A stretch of DNA of 64,000 bases, taken from assembly GCA_903813345.2 (NCBI GenBank), contig CAIIXF020000001.1, forward strand, positions 31,062,001-31,126,000. Reading direction: 5' to 3'. Origin of the DNA: Owenia fusiformis (Eukaryota). Shown in pieces: positions 11,353 to 23,400 of the stretch (the first letter of the stretch is position 1; every line of letters starts with the position of its first letter). Under the pieces are notes generated by a model, which did not search any database, was not told the origin of the DNA, and saw only the letters and a list, made by a program, of their open reading frames with translations. A program made the translations under genes and the position numbers.

Positions 11353-13408
11353 TGTATGTCAATGTTTTCACTGAGCTGGGTTTCTTACATCTGATTGGAT
11401 GAAAATATACTGTCCCCCAATTGGTTTAAATAAACCATACATACTGTTTCCTGATTGGTTAAAATCATTCTGCATCTCGAAACCTGATTGGTTAAAATAT
11501 ACTGTACTCTGATTGGTTGTTATAATTCTGCAAATTAAAACCTGTTTGGTTAAAATAATCAAAACCTGACTGGTTGAAATAATCAACCTTAAAACGTGTT
11601 ACTCTGATTGGTTAACAAAAACTGAAAGTCAAAACCTGATTGGTTAAAATAGTCCAAACATCCTGTTTCCTGATTGGTTAAAATGATTTTGCATCTCGAA
11701 ACCTGATTGGTTAAAACATACTGTACTCTGATTGGTTAACATAATTCTGCAAGTTAAAACCTGATTGGTTAAAACATACTGTTTTCTGGTATAACACATA
11801 GTCACAAGGTTATGTTATCAATTAACCTCTTTCTTATCAGAAACCCTTGATCTTGCACCAATTATCAGAAACCTTTGACCAGTAATGTAAAGTGGTATCA
11901 TGGTTCTACGGGTTATGCATCATATGAAGTATATGACAAATCTAATTTGTCAAAATTTTCAAATTGGTATATTGCAGTCTTGTGATTGGTCGAAATTGTT
12001 CTGCAGTTATCTTTTTCACTGTCTTATCAGTTTGTTATCTCTCTCTTATTGATTATCAGTAACCTTTGACCAGTTATATCAGTTACCATGTGATAATTTA
12101 GACCGGTACTGAAGTTTTATAACCAGCAAGCTCATTGGTTGATTTTCTTACATCTGATTTGGTGAAAATATACTGTCCCCCGGTTGGTTAAAATAGTCCA
12201 AACATACTGTTTCCTGATTGGTTAAAATGATTCTGCATCTCGAAACCTGATTGGTTAAAATATACTGTACTCTGATTGGTTAACATAATTCTGCAAATTA
12301 AAACCTGTTTGGTTGAAATGGTTCTGCAGTTATCTTTTTACTGTTTTTATCAGTTTGTTATCCACCTTTGACCTATAACAATGAAACATCCATGAAGTAG
12401 ACAAGATAGCTTATCACACAGTCACCAGGTTACCTTAACAGTGTTTGTTTGATTATCTTATCAATTGAGCTCTCTCTTATCAGTTATCAGTAACCTTTGA
12501 CCATTTATATCAGTAACCATGTGACCTATGACATCATTTCTGTGCATTGGGCATAGAACTCAAACCTATGTTCTTTTATCAATTATCAGTAACCTTTGTC
12601 CAGTTATATCAGAAACCATGGTAGTTATCTTTTTCACTGTCTTATCAGTTTATTATCTCTCTCTTATCAATTACAGTAACCTTTGAAAGTTATATCAGTA
12701 ACCATGTGACCTATGACGTCAGTTCCACTTCCGGTGCATCGTCTTATCTTTTTTAATGTTTTATCAGTTTGTTATCCACCTTTGACCTATAACAATGAAA
12801 CATCCATGAAGTAGACAAGATAGCTTATCACACAGTCACCAGGTTACCTTAACAGTGTTTGTTTGATTATATTATCAGTTATCAGAAACCTTTCACCAGT
12901 TATGTCACTCCAAGTGCACCATGTTATCACATGACCTCACTTCCGGTGGAACTGTAACATGTGACCTATGACGTCACTTCCGGTGGAAGTGGAACGTGGA
13001 AGTGGAACAGTGCCGGTGCCGGTTGTAGGTCGAAAGTTGCAGCCTATACTACTATTTGCAAATGCACGTGCGAGTACAGTAGAAATTCCAGTGTATCATC
13101 ACTTAAACAATTTGAATGTGATTGGGTACAGGTGGGAAAAATACCGACCGCCGACCACCAGTCACTCTCCTCAGTTGTATACACGTGGTCGGCTGTCGGT
13201 CTTTTAAAGATAAATAATATGAATAGATGCAAATTAAAGTACATGTAAATAGGAAAATAAAACTAAAAATTAGGAATCAAATGACTTTAGTGCCTTTACA
13301 AGTCGAGATTAAAATCATTGTGTTTATAACCATTTTAAATCACGATGAAAAATGCTCATGAAAAACGTAACATCGTTGTGGTCTGTAACATCATATTTTT
13401 AAAACATT

Positions 13409-14870
13409 GGTGACATATTGTTATGGTCTCCCTTTTTGACGGCGGGTGGCGGGTGGCGGTTGACGTCTGTAAAGGATGTGTCCGGGTATATGCCTTTTTG
13501 GTCCCTCAGTCAAATGTATGTGAAATATGGTTTTTATTACTGTCCTAGTTATATTTGATAAGTATATTAACTTTTTACGAGTTTTGATGCATAATTAACC
13601 CCCTGCTGAGAGTCAGAAAAAGTATCTTAACAAAAAAAGAAATAGTCATTATCATAGAAAAAAACACCAATGGCAACGTGTATGACATACAAAGAAGAGA
13701 TGAATTAAGACCCATGAAGAATTTAAAAGAAAATCATATTTTTGAAATATATTTAAGGATTAAATTTTTTTTCAAATTTTTGAATTTCCCGCCAGTTTAA
13801 TTTGAAGGGGGAAAAACAAGATGGCTGCCATTTGATTAAAGAAATGTCAGAAAAAAAGTTTCTTCACTTTTAGTTTTCACAATGAGCACAGTTTTCCGGT
13901 TTAGATTTTTTGACTGATTCTGACTCTTCATCACCAGGGTCATGTATAGAGATTATAAAATTGAAACCAAAATGTTGTGCTCAGCATGAATTTGACTGAA
14001 ATATGTGTAACTTCACCAACACAATTGACGTCTCAAAACTGGATGCTCAGTAACTTTGAGTGACTATAATCCCTTGATTACTCAGATAAACACCAATTCA
14101 CTTATCCAGAAATACCATTCAATGTCTATAGAAAGAAAGTAAGCAATGTTTTGGAGGATATGTTTCAAACTTATTGTATAAATAATTCATTTAATATTTG
14201 CCATTGATTTTTTTTCAATTCTGACAATATTATATGCACTGTCTTTGATGCCAATATTCTTCATCAATTGTGATACAAATCGATATTTTTGTAATCTCAA
14301 AAGAAGGATAAGATATTGAAGTTTAATAATATGTGTGATTGAGTTGGTTTTTCGGACAATACAATTTTCAATATTTTCTAAGTCGATACCCAGACTCATC
14401 CCCAGACTCATCCTTTTTTTTAAACTTCCAATAACTTAACTAGTATTGTTTAGACTGACTTCCTTTTTTCAAAATCATCTACAAGTTCTCAGAAGTTGAC
14501 ATCTGACTTTAGATTTGACCTTCAATGCCCTTCTCAAGTCAAAAAAGGGTCAAAAAGGTCTGTTTTCGATTTTCTTCAATTTTTTCAAAATAATCTACTA
14601 GTTCTGAGAAGTTCAAATCTGACTTTAGATTTGAGATTTGACTTTCTATAATCTTATAAAGGTCAAAAAGGTATTTTTCGCCTTGCTTCAAATTGAGCAA
14701 TTTTTTTAAAAATCATCTCCAAGTTCTCAGAAATTCAAATCTGCTTTTTTATTTCAAACTTGACCTTCTCAAGGTCAAAAAGGTATTTTTCAACTTGCTT
14801 CAAATTGACCATTTTTTCAAAATCATAATTATTGTGAGCAACTTGGTGGTGACATTTTGTCATGTTAATG
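13409..14870 (-). mobile_element. Helentron/HINE-like non-autonomous element (reverse copy of the 26990-28403 family) with a few satellite units and about 0.9 kb of unrelated sequence
   Basis: 13409-13472 is the reverse complement of the 3' module (ggagaccataacaatatgtcacc); 14845-14870 is the reverse complement of the 5' module (cattaacatgacaaaatgtcaccacc); 14420-14830 holds reverse satellite units. Confidence 0.6.
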
Positions 14871-14912
14871 GTTAGTCACTGGATCTTGATTAGAAAACGC
14901 ATGTAACACTTT

Positions 14913-15524
14913 CACTCCCCTCCATAAGTTTGGCAACCTTACATGTAGCTTCCTCATCAAACTACGTGTTAAAGCCTCTTTATGTTTGAATTATTGTTTA
15001 CATAACTAGCGAGGAAAATACTTATAATATTGATGGAAATTGACTTTATTTCCAATGCCTCCAAATTTTCCGATTTGGGTCGAAAATTGATGATAAATCT
15101 GATGAATTTTTGAAAAAACTCCAATTAAAATAACACAAGAGTCGAAAATGATTTTCAAAAATGATTTTGAAGCTCTGTAACTCATACAAAAAGTTAAGAC
15201 AATTCAATTTTCTAAATAAAAATATTTTTTGGTGAATTCTTTTACTGAAAATTAGATATCCTGAAATCAGATTTGCCCCGAACCCACGATTTCCCATTGG
15301 TTTACATGGTAAAGACGATTTTCAAAAATTCATCAATTTTCGACCTACCTGAGGAAAAAATTGGGAAAATTTGTTGAAGGCATGGAAATGAAGCCAAGTT
15401 ACATTTCCATCTATAAGATAAGTATTTTCCTCACAGGTTATGTAAATAAAAATTCAAACATAAAGAGGCTTCAACACTATAGTTCAATGAGCGAGCTAAG
15501 GTTGCCAAACTTATGGAGGGGGTA
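14913..15524. mobile_element. Palindromic MITE with long imperfect TIRs (Tc1/mariner-like ends)
   Basis: cccctccataagtttggcaacctta... at 14917 pairs with ...taaggttgccaaacttatggaggggg ending at about 15522; inverted similarity continues for about 150 bp. Confidence 0.7.
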
Positions 15525-15529
15525 TACAT

Positions 15530-15949
15530 TAGAGGTGTGAATTGTTAATCGATCATCGATTAATTGATCGACACAAGTTTAATCGATAATCTTCAATTTC
15601 CTGCTGTGAGTAAGCTTACTTGATTTCACTGACTGATTGAGACCTAATTTGTCAGGTTGACATGCCAAGCTTAAAACTCAAACTGCCAAACAAGCTTAGC
15701 CTAAGCCCGACAATTACCTCTTTTTGAGTTTCACTGATACATCTTATATTGATATATACTCGTATATATTGAATAGAGGTATGCAATCAAATCAAAAGAA
15801 TGAATTATCGCCTACTACTAAAGAATAAGAAAATTGAAGGGAAATTATGTCAGATCTCCATCGTTTATGTTAGAATGATTAATCGATGATTAATCGATTA
15901 AAATATTTTGTTAATCGATTAAGTGATTTACCAACAGTGCACACCTCTA
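15530..15949. mobile_element. hAT-family MITE
   Basis: TIR TAGAGGTGTG...CACACCTCTA; 8-bp TSD GTATACAT (15522-15529 and 15950-15957); subterminal AATCGAT repeats. Confidence 0.9.
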
Positions 15950-17994
15950 GTATACATAATGTTCAGTATGAATATGAAAAAGAACATGTCCATGTTTATG
16001 ATGCAAGAAGAAAGGGCTATGGTAGATCTATTATATGATGAGAAATGCGTCATTTTCAAATAAAGTCGTTCGTTAAATTTCAGTAAAAAAGGATATATTC
16101 CCTTAGACTAACAATTGGTTGGCAGGTCAGGAACCTATGTGTTTTCTTTAAACCGCTTTGTTTTAACCATTTTTACTAACTTCATTGAAAAATACAAAAT
16201 GGAACATAAACCTTGCCTACGATTCAAAATCGAATTATATAAATAATTGATTTGCCTTAACATTCTGATTTCTCTATCCTAGATTACTATAGCCATCTTT
16301 AGATTGATCTAAAGATGGCTATGTGCAATTAGTAAGTCCTAGATACGACCCCAAAGCAGAACGAAGTTACTGTATTTGGTTAAACTGACTGATCTAACTA
16401 CATCAAGAATCTCAGCGATTTTTTACAAAATAGTTAAGGATGTCAATTCAGAAAAATGCATGTCACCAACCAAATATTTATTTCCTTGTGAAATTTCCCC
16501 GGGAAATAAATCTCCAACAGTCATATGGTTTTTCGTGCAGTGAAAAGTTCCGCCATATTGGATTTCTGTGGAAACGGGGAAGCTTTCTTTTGCTCGAAAG
16601 CAGGTAAAGAATTTGCTAAATTAAGCCCTATTATCATAGGCTCAGGGTTAAGTAATAGTAAGCTGTATAAAGAAGAGACAGGTCAACAACTAGGATTTAG
16701 GCCACTTGTTAACATGGCGATTTTAACATTATTTGTGTATAATTTTCAAAAAACAATGCAGAGTTGATCCAAAATTGATAGTTTGCAATTCTTACCTATG
16801 AATCAACCACATTCAAGTGATATAGAGTGAATAAAGCCGTCTTGAGGCGAGATATTCTGAAAACCTACAATTCTTCTTTATACAGCTTACTATTACTTAA
16901 CCCTTAGCCTATGCTCGACAGTCGACTGAAATCTTTGAAGAAAATTCAAAGTGGAATTTTTAGCCTAGGGACCCTAGTATGTATCCAACAGACCGAATAT
17001 AATATTCGGTCTGTTATGATTGATACCCCTGGCATGGAAATCTCGGCGATATTTTGTGCACATAAATTTCTCGTTTATTACAAGAATGTTCACCTTGAAA
17101 ATTGGTGAATATGTTGAAGAGATGTTCATCTTAAACTAGAAGCAAAAATATTTGTATAAGGCGGGTACGAGTTGATATTAAATAATGAAATGTTCAGACT
17201 CACCAAAACTTCTGGATGTGTTCATAAGTAGATCGCGAAATCAATGTCAAGGACGTTTGAGTTCACGAGATCCAAACGAGATATGCAAATTTTGAACTTT
17301 GACAACACATGACCACTTGATTACCTCGGCCTTCTTCATGAATATTTCCGCTCTATTTACTATAAATGACGAAAATTAATCGGGATAATGATAATAAATG
17401 ACTAGATCTAATAAATTCCCGCACAAATGGAATTTATCAATACGCTTCCGTAATATTGCTCCGTCCGCTCCACGTGTTATTTGTTTACAAATAGACTGAC
17501 GTCACTGGCTAAATCTCGTTTATCGTGAGAATTGGCATTGCCAAAATGGCTTGACCTAATCAATGGCTTCGTTACAAGAAGCGTCTGTACATTTTATGAA
17601 TATCTTCAGTAAGAGGACAATATACGAAAAAATAATATTGTAAGTTCTTTATCAGGTAATCATTTTATCATTAAACAAACTTATTTGTAACATTTATACA
17701 ACACCACATTTTACAATAGGTGACTTACAGTCTGAATTTATTCAGACGAAGGATACAGTCTACTAGGGACCCTACAATAGATCTAGTACTTCAGCTTCAG
17801 TATTTTACTTATCTAGTGTCAGGAGTCTTCGCCTAGACCATGTTAAAAGAGACCTCGAGTCTCCAACGATTAAGTCCAAAACCTTAGAATATATACTCAG
17901 TTTTGTTCAATATTAAGTTTATTCTTGCTCGAGTCTCTAGCCAATACTTGGCTAGAGGTGATTTCATCTGGAATACTGTGAACTCCATTTTTTA

Positions 17995-19496
17995 TCGTAA
18001 AGGCTAGAGTACCGACAATTGTCGGTACTCTAGACTCTGATGTGGTGGCACGCTAGAGGACCGACAAATAAATTGTCGGTACGGGAGATATGCTGTGTTT
18101 ACACGCTAGAGGACCGACAAATATTGATTGTCGAATTTTCTGGCGCATGCGCAATGCGCGGGGGATATTTCAGATATCATACGGATATTTTGGGAACAAG
18201 TGCAAAACCCGGGGAGGGCATAAGCCCCGGTTACCCGGGGATTACCAAACCCAGTCAAAAAATGGTAGCCCGGGAACAGGGAATGGTAGTAAACGTTGAA
18301 AACCCAATAAAAAGGAAGGGGCGTTTGCTACCCATTAGATAAAAGAAAATAGCTAGAATATTTTTTAGAGCTTATCGTATGGTATGAGGTTCCATATCCA
18401 TCCGCCAAAAGGTATATAGTCCATTTAAAAACCTGTGGTATCGTTCTAAATAACCCATAGTTGGCTTCTAGGGTACCTAGTATGCCACTATTTGGTATCA
18501 AAATAAAGAGGAGTTCAACTTTCATTTGAATTACGAAAATAGCGATGTAGGTCAAAATAGTTCCGAACGTGAGGATGTTTACTACGCGTTTGCCTGTCAT
18601 ATCAGAATTGAGGAAGTGGTAGCAAACGCGAGTTACAATAAACGGACGCTGATATCTCAAAATGTAACCTGACTCCCTATAATTTGATGTAGGTCAATCG
18701 AACCCCTATATGGACAGGTGCATTTTGATATATAACACTATGGGGGGTAAGCGTTTCATAGTTGGTCACGAAAGCCATATGTGCAAAGTATTGTTATGAA
18801 TTTTCGAATTTGGTGTTGGATTACGGCACTCATACCTTATAGCACAATTTTTGATGGAAGTTGCATTTGGCTCCCTTAGTTATGGCCACGATTCCATCTC
18901 GCATGAGAGAGCTACCAAACGCAAAGTAAACAGTGATATATTCCAAATGAGATATTTCTCCTGTGCCATGGCGTAGTAAGGGTAGAGGTCGACGGGGGCG
19001 AAAGCATCCCCTCCTAATTGTATATATCGACCCATTAGATAGAACAAGAAAAGAGCTTTAAAATGTTTTTTAATTGAAGCTTGTAGGACAATTTTGATGG
19101 AAGTTGAATCAATTTTTGTCGAAATAAATTATGGCTCACTACAAGTTAATGCCTGTACGATTCCATACTGCAAAAGAAGCACTATCCCCCCCCCCTCAAA
19201 AGAAAAAATGGTCTTGCCGGGATTCGAACTCGGGACCGAGTGTGTTCGAATCGTGCTCGCTAACCACTAGACTACCAGTGATGAAGTTATTTATGATATT
19301 AAAAGTAGTGAATTTATTTATGAAATTGTCGGCTCTCTAGCAAAAACACGTAGCAGCCACTTGCGTACCGACAATTTTCGGTTCTCTATCTGACACTATT
19401 AGGTGACGATAGAGTGCCGACAATTGTCGGTACCCCAGCAAATACCCCTGGACAGTCTCCAGTACCGACAATTGTCGGTCCTGGAGCCACTCCGTT
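17995..19496 (+). mobile_element. Unclassified non-autonomous element, copy 1 (ACCGACAATTGTCGGT palindrome arrays, internal tRNA-like cassette)
   Basis: Close reverse-complement match to 55371-56823 apart from one internal block; imperfect TIRs of about 43 bp; TA on both flanks. Confidence 0.8.
19211..19281 (-). pseudogene. tRNA-derived (Pol III A/B box) segment inside the element
   Basis: Minus strand TCACTGGTAGTCTAGTGGTTAG...GAGTTCGAATCCCGGCAAGAC followed by a T-run; acceptor and anticodon stems do not pair well. Confidence 0.65.
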
Positions 19497-19832
19497 TAAA
19501 AAAAGCTGGTCGGAGTGTCATAAATTTATTGAATATTTTAAAAATCGCCAGATGAATAAATCATAAATTATTCGGAACCGACTCAACTCCTTGATGAGAT
19601 ATGACATGATTTCGTCAGGATTTCGTCTAAAATTAAAACAAAAAGGCTCCAAGAAAAATGGCGATATTCGAAAACTGGACGAAATGTCGTTAACGTCTGA
19701 CATTAGTAACTGGCTGTAATTTTAAGTTAGCGATCCAGAAGATGTGAACTAATACACTGATCACTTCATGTGTGTTTTGGAATTTTTTGTGAGGTAATAA
19801 GACCAAAACTCGCAATTCAAATTGTGATGTGG

Positions 19833-19935
19833 AAAAATGGCGGACATTTCAAATTTTATGATTACGACATGACCAATTGTTCATGCAGGAAATTATCTCT
19901 CCAGGAAGGCCACGATACAGTGGCCTTAGAAGAAG
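19833..19935 (+). promoter_or_regulatory. Probable first (5'UTR) exon / TSS region of the CCDC24-like gene, with YY1-type AAAATGGCGG motif and short uORFs
   Basis: aaaatggcggac at about 19834; strong donor AAG|GTAAGT at 19935/19936; next acceptor at 20471. Confidence 0.55.
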
Positions 19936-20036
19936 GTAAGTTTATTCAATCAGTCCGTCTATGCTGAATTGAAACACAACCATATTTGTTGGCATATTTG
20001 CAATATTATAGAATTATTTTATTGTAAGTACATCTA

Positions 20037-20430
20037 CAGTCTGTTACACTGCTTCAAAGGCAAGCAGTTGAACCTGAAAAATAAGATATCTATAGACCAT
20101 TGTGCCATAATATATAGAAAAATATATTCATATTGCACACAAATGACATTTGTATATTTCAGATTATTTAGTGTTTAGTGCAATAAGCCTGTGCCCTCTT
20201 GTAATTTGAGGTCTGTCCGCCATGTTATTTTTTTGAGAATTAACATGGTAGAGGAGCATCAAAATATAAGAAGTTACAGACTTTATGAGCCAATTTACAA
20301 GCAATCCAACATATACAAATGTCATTCGTGTGCAATATGAACAATTTTTCTATATATTATTGCACAATATTATTTAGATTTCTTATATTTTAGGTTTAAC
20401 TGCTTGCCTTTGAAGCAGTGTAACAGACTG
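20037..20430. mobile_element. Tc1/mariner-like MITE in the first intron of the CCDC24-like gene
   Basis: About 45-bp TIR CAGTCTGTTACACTGCTTCAAAGGCAAGCAGTT; TA on both sides; an internal part recurs inverted at about 55030-55190. Confidence 0.85.
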
Positions 20431-20492
20431 TATATGTGATTATTGTGATATGATATAATGTTCAACTGTAGGGTAGCATTAGCAGAGCTGGA

Positions 20493-23400
20493 ATGTCTAT
20501 CCAGGAGCTAGACTTTGACCTGCATGCCTACAGCCCTCCTTTGTCCCTTTGGGCCCTGGTGAAGCAGCATGTGCCCCCATACGAGCAGGAGGAGGTGAAG
20601 AGTATGCTGGGGGAGTCACTGGTAGAGCAGAGTCTAGAGCTACATGAAGAGGTGATGTATTTGATCACTATCAGGGTTTCCACCTTTTTATCAAAATGAG
20701 TGTTGGAAAAGTCAAAACTTTTGACTTGTAATATGGAAAACGAAACATATACATCCACATGTAAAATAATGGTAATTTGAATAAAAGTAGGTCACATGGT
20801 GCTAATCTGAAGGCAGTGGTGCATTGAAACTTGAATGAGAGGGGTGTTATCACTGCTCAATATTGCCTCATAACACAGACTATAATGACATGTATTGTAA
20901 ATGGGCAAGTCAGATTCACTTGGTCTTGATCAAGTCTGTAAAGCTAGTCTTGTTCTGCTTGTTAATTGTCTAACTTTGTATTAGGTTGACACATTGCTTG
21001 ATATCTGGAGAGACTTCAGGGATGAGACAACTCAGGAAGATAGCTCATCATTCCTACCTGAACCTCCTGAAATGAGAGATAGACTCACCCAGCAGATACG
21101 ATTCTTTGTGGAGAACATAAGAGAAAAGGCTAAAGGACAGGGGAGGTAGGTCACATAACTCTTTTATACAGTGCTTTTTGTCAACTTCAGTATTTAGAAT
21201 TATCACCCAGATAAAGGTTTGATTTTCATGTTTAATTATCCAGAATTTAATCATTTCTATGTCATTTATTTAAAATCCACTTACAAAATTAAATTGGTAA
21301 TTTTAAATGATGTTTACCTGTTGAAAAATTTATATTTTTGAAACACTAGAGTTACAGTAGAGATGCGTGTTAGACATGTTTTGTTTTGCTGTTAAAGCTG
21401 ACGATCACTCTTAATATTTTCAGAGACCCTGAAACTGCTTTATCAAAACATAACCAAGATGTGATAGAATATGCTATAGAGTCAAGTAGTAAGTAAAAAA
21501 TGAAAAATTTCTCCTTTTTCTTAAAGGCCCCATATAAAGTTTAAACCACTTTGGTTTATGTTTCTCTTTTTGCCAGAAAAATTGTGAATTTATTTTAAAT
21601 AAGATTTTAGTTTATGTTGTTAAGCAGTAATTTACACCTATGCATGACATACATCCTAACCTTTTTTGTGTTGAAAAAATCAAGAAAAATTTGTTTGAAA
21701 AATAAACCAGAAATTAACTTATAAGCCCAGAGAAAAAAAGCATTTAAAAAGTTCTCATTGAATTCTATGGTACATAAATATTTAAAACACAATGATAAAA
21801 ACTTATTTTGAACCTAAATAGACCATAGAATATAGCTTTATTTTGAGAGTTAAGCATATTTAGAAAATATTTGTACAAGATGTATCCTTGTGAATTCAAT
21901 TTTTTTAAATGCTTCAAATGTTTTACATATGCATATAATCATAGATTGAGTAGTTGAAATAATATAAGCTTTTGCTTTTTGCTTGATCTGTTTAATTAAA
22001 ATCGTTACATTTTTATGTCACATATTGTTATAGTCTCCAACTTTTTTGTGGACGTAGTAGGCATTTGGTTGTTGGAGTTCTTTTCAGTGGTTGGTGTCTG
22101 TAACAAATGGCAGGTGGTGACATTTTGATGATATGTTAATGTCTTGTTTATGTTACCACTAACAAGTGGTTTGGCCTTTTGGGTTGGGACCTGTGAGATT
22201 ATTACCCACCATCTGCAGGTGGTGACATTTAATAATGTTTGAAATTAATTTCAAACGGGATTATATCTCCGATGTAAGACACTCTATTAGATATGAGAAA
22301 CTTTGGACTGATATGAGGACCTTTGGACTTGTTTGCAGATAGTGTCATTATGCAAGTCTACATGTTGAATATCCAAGTTAATCAGCCAGATTTCTCATCC
22401 CACCTAATTACATAAAAGAAAGGTCATGTATGTCTGTAAGTGTAAATATATGTACTGTGTAAATGTTTCAGGGCCAAGTAGTGGCAGCAATAGCACAAGG
22501 CCAGGGACAGCATGTAGTATATTAAATGGTCGAATGACCCCTATGAGATCAAGTCCACCTAGCGATAAGTAAGTTTATGACAGAAGGCATAAGGTTGATG
22601 GCAAATTAGGAAGATGCAAATGCCTTTGTTGATTTAGAATTGAAATTCCAACTCTCAGCTTTCAACACAAATAAAAAGACAACTAGAATACACCAATTCT
22701 TTTATTTCAAATTTGTAACAGCCTACAATGTGCACCATCAAGAGACTTTGACATGTAGCAAGTGGCATAACATGTGAATGCCCCTCTTATACTTTGTAAA
22801 AGTTATTGCTTCGCTTATATTTGAAGATCTTTTTCAAGCTTTAAAAATATTATAAAGTCTATAAATGGTGCAATTTGGATATTATTCTGAACTTTTTAAA
22901 ACTATAATGTATTTTAGATATAGACACTGAGAAACTTTAAATATACTGTACTTTTTTATCATTCTACAAAGTTAACTGTGTTGACAAACTCACATTGTTC
23001 TCATAACTTTACATCATATTTCTGTATTATATTTTCATAACTTTGTCACACTAACATGTACCATTTCATTTATTTACTCTTTTTCCTCTTTGACAGAGTA
23101 TCAGCAAATTCAACACTAAGTGAAGAAATTGATGATATGAGTGAAAAACTGAATATGCTTGAATTTGATGAAGTCACGCAGCATTTGAGGTATGTAGGAA
23201 TATGTAGTATATCAGTGTTGTACATGGAAGTAGTAAATTGCAAGTGTTGTATGAGGGGTACCTCTGACAAAAATGACCATGATAGGTGGTGGCTTGGCCA
23301 TCTGTTAATATTTTTTCCAAACTAACAGATACCATTGGAACATGTCACTTAGCAATGAAATGCTTCATTCATCTTTTAAGCAACACTTTAGGAATAGACA

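Larger units (their letters stand above)
7203..13053. mobile_element. Non-autonomous Polinton/Maverick-like element forming a giant palindrome (arms about 7203-10066 and 10190-13053)
   Basis: Termini 5'-AGTAGTATAGGCTGCAAC...GTTGCAGCCTATACTACT-3'. Flanking 6-bp direct repeat ATTTGC at 7197-7202 and 13054-13059. Mirror ORF coordinates all sum to 20256 (7288/12968, 8670/11586, 8904/11352, 9918/10338), so there are no net indels between arms. No integrase, pPolB, ATPase or capsid ORF is present. Confidence 0.85.

Noticed and set aside
7203..13053. Palindrome as a pure sequencing or assembly fold-back artefact
   Set aside because: Artefactual fold-backs would not be expected to stop exactly at AGTAGT/ACTACT ends, leave a direct 6-bp duplication and resume unique sequence on both sides. 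Caveat: the reconstructed target CATTTGCAAATG is itself palindromic, so read-level confirmation is still needed.
19211..19281. Functional tRNA genes (also 55586-55656 and 48183-48256)
   Set aside because: A and B boxes are present but acceptor and anticodon stems do not pair; two of them lie inside a repeat element.
19837..19935. N-terminal extension of CCDC24 by TGA read-through or selenocysteine from the ATG at 19837
   Set aside because: The frame has both TGA (19870) and a later TAG before the donor, so it is better read as a uORF; the ATG at 20493 gives the expected CCDC24 N-terminus.
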